A stretch of 45,731 nt of DNA from Candidatus Limnocylindria bacterium (GTDB taxonomy: Bacteria; Chloroflexota; Limnocylindria; QHBO01). The stretch is taken from NCBI GenBank assembly GCA_035709505.1, contig DASTEQ010000184.1, positions 1-45,731 of the forward strand, given 5' to 3'. The notes beneath the pieces are model-generated. The model worked only from the letters and a program-made list of their open reading frames with translations, was not told where the DNA came from and did not search any database. Each line of letters starts with the position of its first letter. Positions within the stretch are counted from its first letter, which is position 1. This document shows, one piece after another, positions 44,591-45,731 of the stretch. The position numbers and the translations under genes were made by a program.

Positions 44591-45036
44591 GCCGACGCCT
44601 CCTCGGCCACCTTCGCGGCCCGCGATGCCTTCGCCGGCTGGAGGATCCGGATGCCGTTGCCGAATGGATCGCGGATGCCAAGGTCAACGCCGTATCCGTG
44701 CTCGATGGGCTCCTGGGTGAAGTCGGTCACGCCGCGTTCTTTGAGTGTCTCGTACAGGCCGTGGGCGTCATCGGTATAGAACACGAGCGATCCCATGGCG
44801 CCCTTGGTGATCAGCTCCCTGAGCTGGGCGGCGGTGGCCTCGTCGTGGACCGGCGGGCCGGGCTCCTCGAGGAAGATCTCGACGTCGGGGTTGGCGGGGA
44901 AGCGGACCGTCAGCCAGCGGAACGGACCCTGCCGGATGTCCTGGGCCTTCTCGAGGCCCAGCTTGTTGACGTAGAAGTCGAGCGCCTCTTCCTGGTCGAG
45001 GACCCTGACCGAGGTGACGGCGAGCTTGGTCGTCAT
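44587..45036 (-). CDS. VOC family protein (glyoxalase/bleomycin-resistance/dioxygenase fold)
   Basis: An internal ATG at 45036 begins MTTKLAVTSVRVLDQEEALDFYVNKLGLEK…. The product also contains …FYTDDAHGLYETLKERGV.F..EP.EHGYG…IRDPFGNGIRI and is about 149 aa. Confidence 0.85.
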   Translation of the reverse strand: MTTKLAVTSVRVLDQEEALDFYVNKLGLEKAQDIRQGPFRWLTVRFPANPDVEIFLEEPGPPVHDEATAAQLRELITKGAMGSLVFYTDDAHGLYETLKERGVTDFTQEPIEHGYGVDLGIRDPFGNGIRILQPAKASRAAKVAEEASA

Positions 45037-45500
45037 CAGCTCACCGCCTGCTTCACGAGAGCCACAATCCTGGCCTCGTCCTCGGCGGTCAGCTTGGTCA
45101 GGGCCCAGGACGTCGGCCACATGCTGCCCTCGTCGAGGTTGGCGCCGGTGTTGAAGCCGAACGACGCGTAGCGCTCCTTGAACTTGGCGGCGGGCGTGAA
45201 GAAGCACAGGACCTTGCCGTCCTTGGCCCAGGCCGGCATGCCGTAGTAGGTCCTCGGTGTGAGCTGCGGTGCGGCGGCCATGATGCTCGCGTGGAGCCGC
45301 TCGGCCATGTCGCGGTCGGAGCCGGACATCTCGGCGATCTTCGCGAGCAGATCCTTGGTTCCGTCTACCTGACCACCCTTGGCCGTCTTCAGCTCCTTGG
45401 CCCGCTCCTTCATGGCATCGATCTCGTCCTGGGTCCACTGCGCGCCGCCCGCCGTTCGATCTTTCGATGTGCGCGGCTTGGCCGCCTTCGTGTCAGCCAT
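45036..45500 (-). CDS. DUF1801 (YdhG-like) domain protein
   Basis: ATG 45500 is preceded by AAGGAG on the minus strand. The product contains …YYGMPAWAKDGKVLCFFTPAAKFKERYASFGF… and is 154 aa. Its stop overlaps the VOC start (TGATG). Confidence 0.7.
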   Translation of the reverse strand: MADTKAAKPRTSKDRTAGGAQWTQDEIDAMKERAKELKTAKGGQVDGTKDLLAKIAEMSGSDRDMAERLHASIMAAAPQLTPRTYYGMPAWAKDGKVLCFFTPAAKFKERYASFGFNTGANLDEGSMWPTSWALTKLTAEDEARIVALVKQAVS

Positions 45501-45536
45501 CAGAGTCTCCTTTGACCGGTGTCCAGTTCGTGGGCG

Positions 45537-45731
45537 TCACGCTACGGCATCCTCGGGCGGGAGCGCTTCTCCGAAACTGCTCGATTCGGCCGCCGTCGAT
45601 GCCGCCGGCCGGGGCGCCGCCCACGGTCGGGTGGCCGCCATCTGGAAGCAGTTCGGTGCGACCATCGGTCCGTGCCTTTCACGGTAGCGCGACGGTGCCT
45701 CGCCTACGATCTCTCGGAACGTGCGGCTGAA
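45537..45731 (-). CDS. AraC/XylS-family regulator, C-terminal fragment (5' end outside the window)
   Basis: This is not in the ORF track because it has no start codon in the window. My translation of the minus strand from the window edge gives FSRTFREIVGEAPSRYRERHGP…*, with the stop at 45539-45537. FSR.F…G..PS.YR is the hallmark end of the second AraC HTH. Confidence 0.5.
   Translation of the reverse strand, partial: FSRTFREIVGEAPSRYRERHGPMVAPNCFQMAATRPWAAPRPAASTAAESSSFGEALPPEDAVA

Noticed and set aside
43754-44779. 341-aa + ORF and 304-aa minus ORF (43773..44687)
   Set aside because: They are alternative frames of the UvrA2 gene region. The UvrA2 frame carries Walker and zinc-finger motifs, and these frames do not.
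45379-45730. + strand ORFs 45379..45687 and 45467..45730
   Set aside because: Their translations are low-complexity. The opposite strand encodes a convincing AraC-type HTH end (FSRTFREIVGEAPSRYR) and the SD-preceded DUF1801 start.
1-45731. CRISPR arrays, rRNA genes, IS elements/transposases, toxin-antitoxin or known defence-system genes
   Set aside because: No regularly spaced repeat array was seen, no rRNA-like conserved stretches, and no DDE/serine/tyrosine recombinase signatures in any frame that I could recognise.

Overview
This is a very GC-rich bacterial chromosomal segment, roughly two-thirds to 70 % GC by eye. Long spurious ORFs lie antisense to most real genes.

**Core region (about 1-36250).** This part is tightly packed housekeeping, with many 1-4 nt start/stop overlaps:
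- truA (partial)-rplM-rpsI
- a Firmicute-style c-di-AMP/amino-sugar cluster, cdaA-cdaR-glmM-glmS
- acpS-nnrD-alr
- two uncharacterised ORFs, then tsaE-tsaB-rimI-tsaD-rsmA-ispE
- RidA, glmU, a CNNM/CorC transporter, a polyprenyl synthase, recO, glyQS and ppdK
- a small accessory metabolic patch: BBE-like FAD oxidase, SRPBCC protein, membrane protein and GcvT/DmdA-like aminomethyltransferase
- a divergent ECF-like sigma factor with a ZAS anti-sigma factor that carries an FN3 ectodomain
- dnaG-rpoD

**Accessory region (about 36290 to the end).** This part looks like stress and xenobiotic functions arranged around a tRNA-Asn(GTT):
- a TetR-regulated PEP-utilising (rifampicin-phosphotransferase-like) enzyme
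- a ZIP metal transporter
- a GyrI-like protein
- a tiny CxxCxC protein
- an ArsR-SRPBCC pair
- a minus-strand operon of DUF1801, VOC/glyoxalase and a UvrA paralogue that lacks the UvrB-binding domain, preceded by a partial AraC-type gene

**Most worth a second look:**
- The translationally coupled ASKHA-like and lipoyl/KOW-like ORF pair, wedged between alr and the t6A genes.
- An array of CTTGACA direct repeats with 12-bp phasing in the dnaG-rpoD leader.
- The UvrA2/VOC/DUF1801 operon, whose UvrA2 gene has no canonical start codon.
- Two repressor genes with apparently leaderless mRNAs, each with a perfect palindromic operator over its own start codon.
- The CxxCxC mini-protein, which sits behind a 183-nt structured leader.

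No CRISPR array, rRNA gene, transposase or integrase was recognised. All family assignments come from motif recognition by eye and need homology searches.
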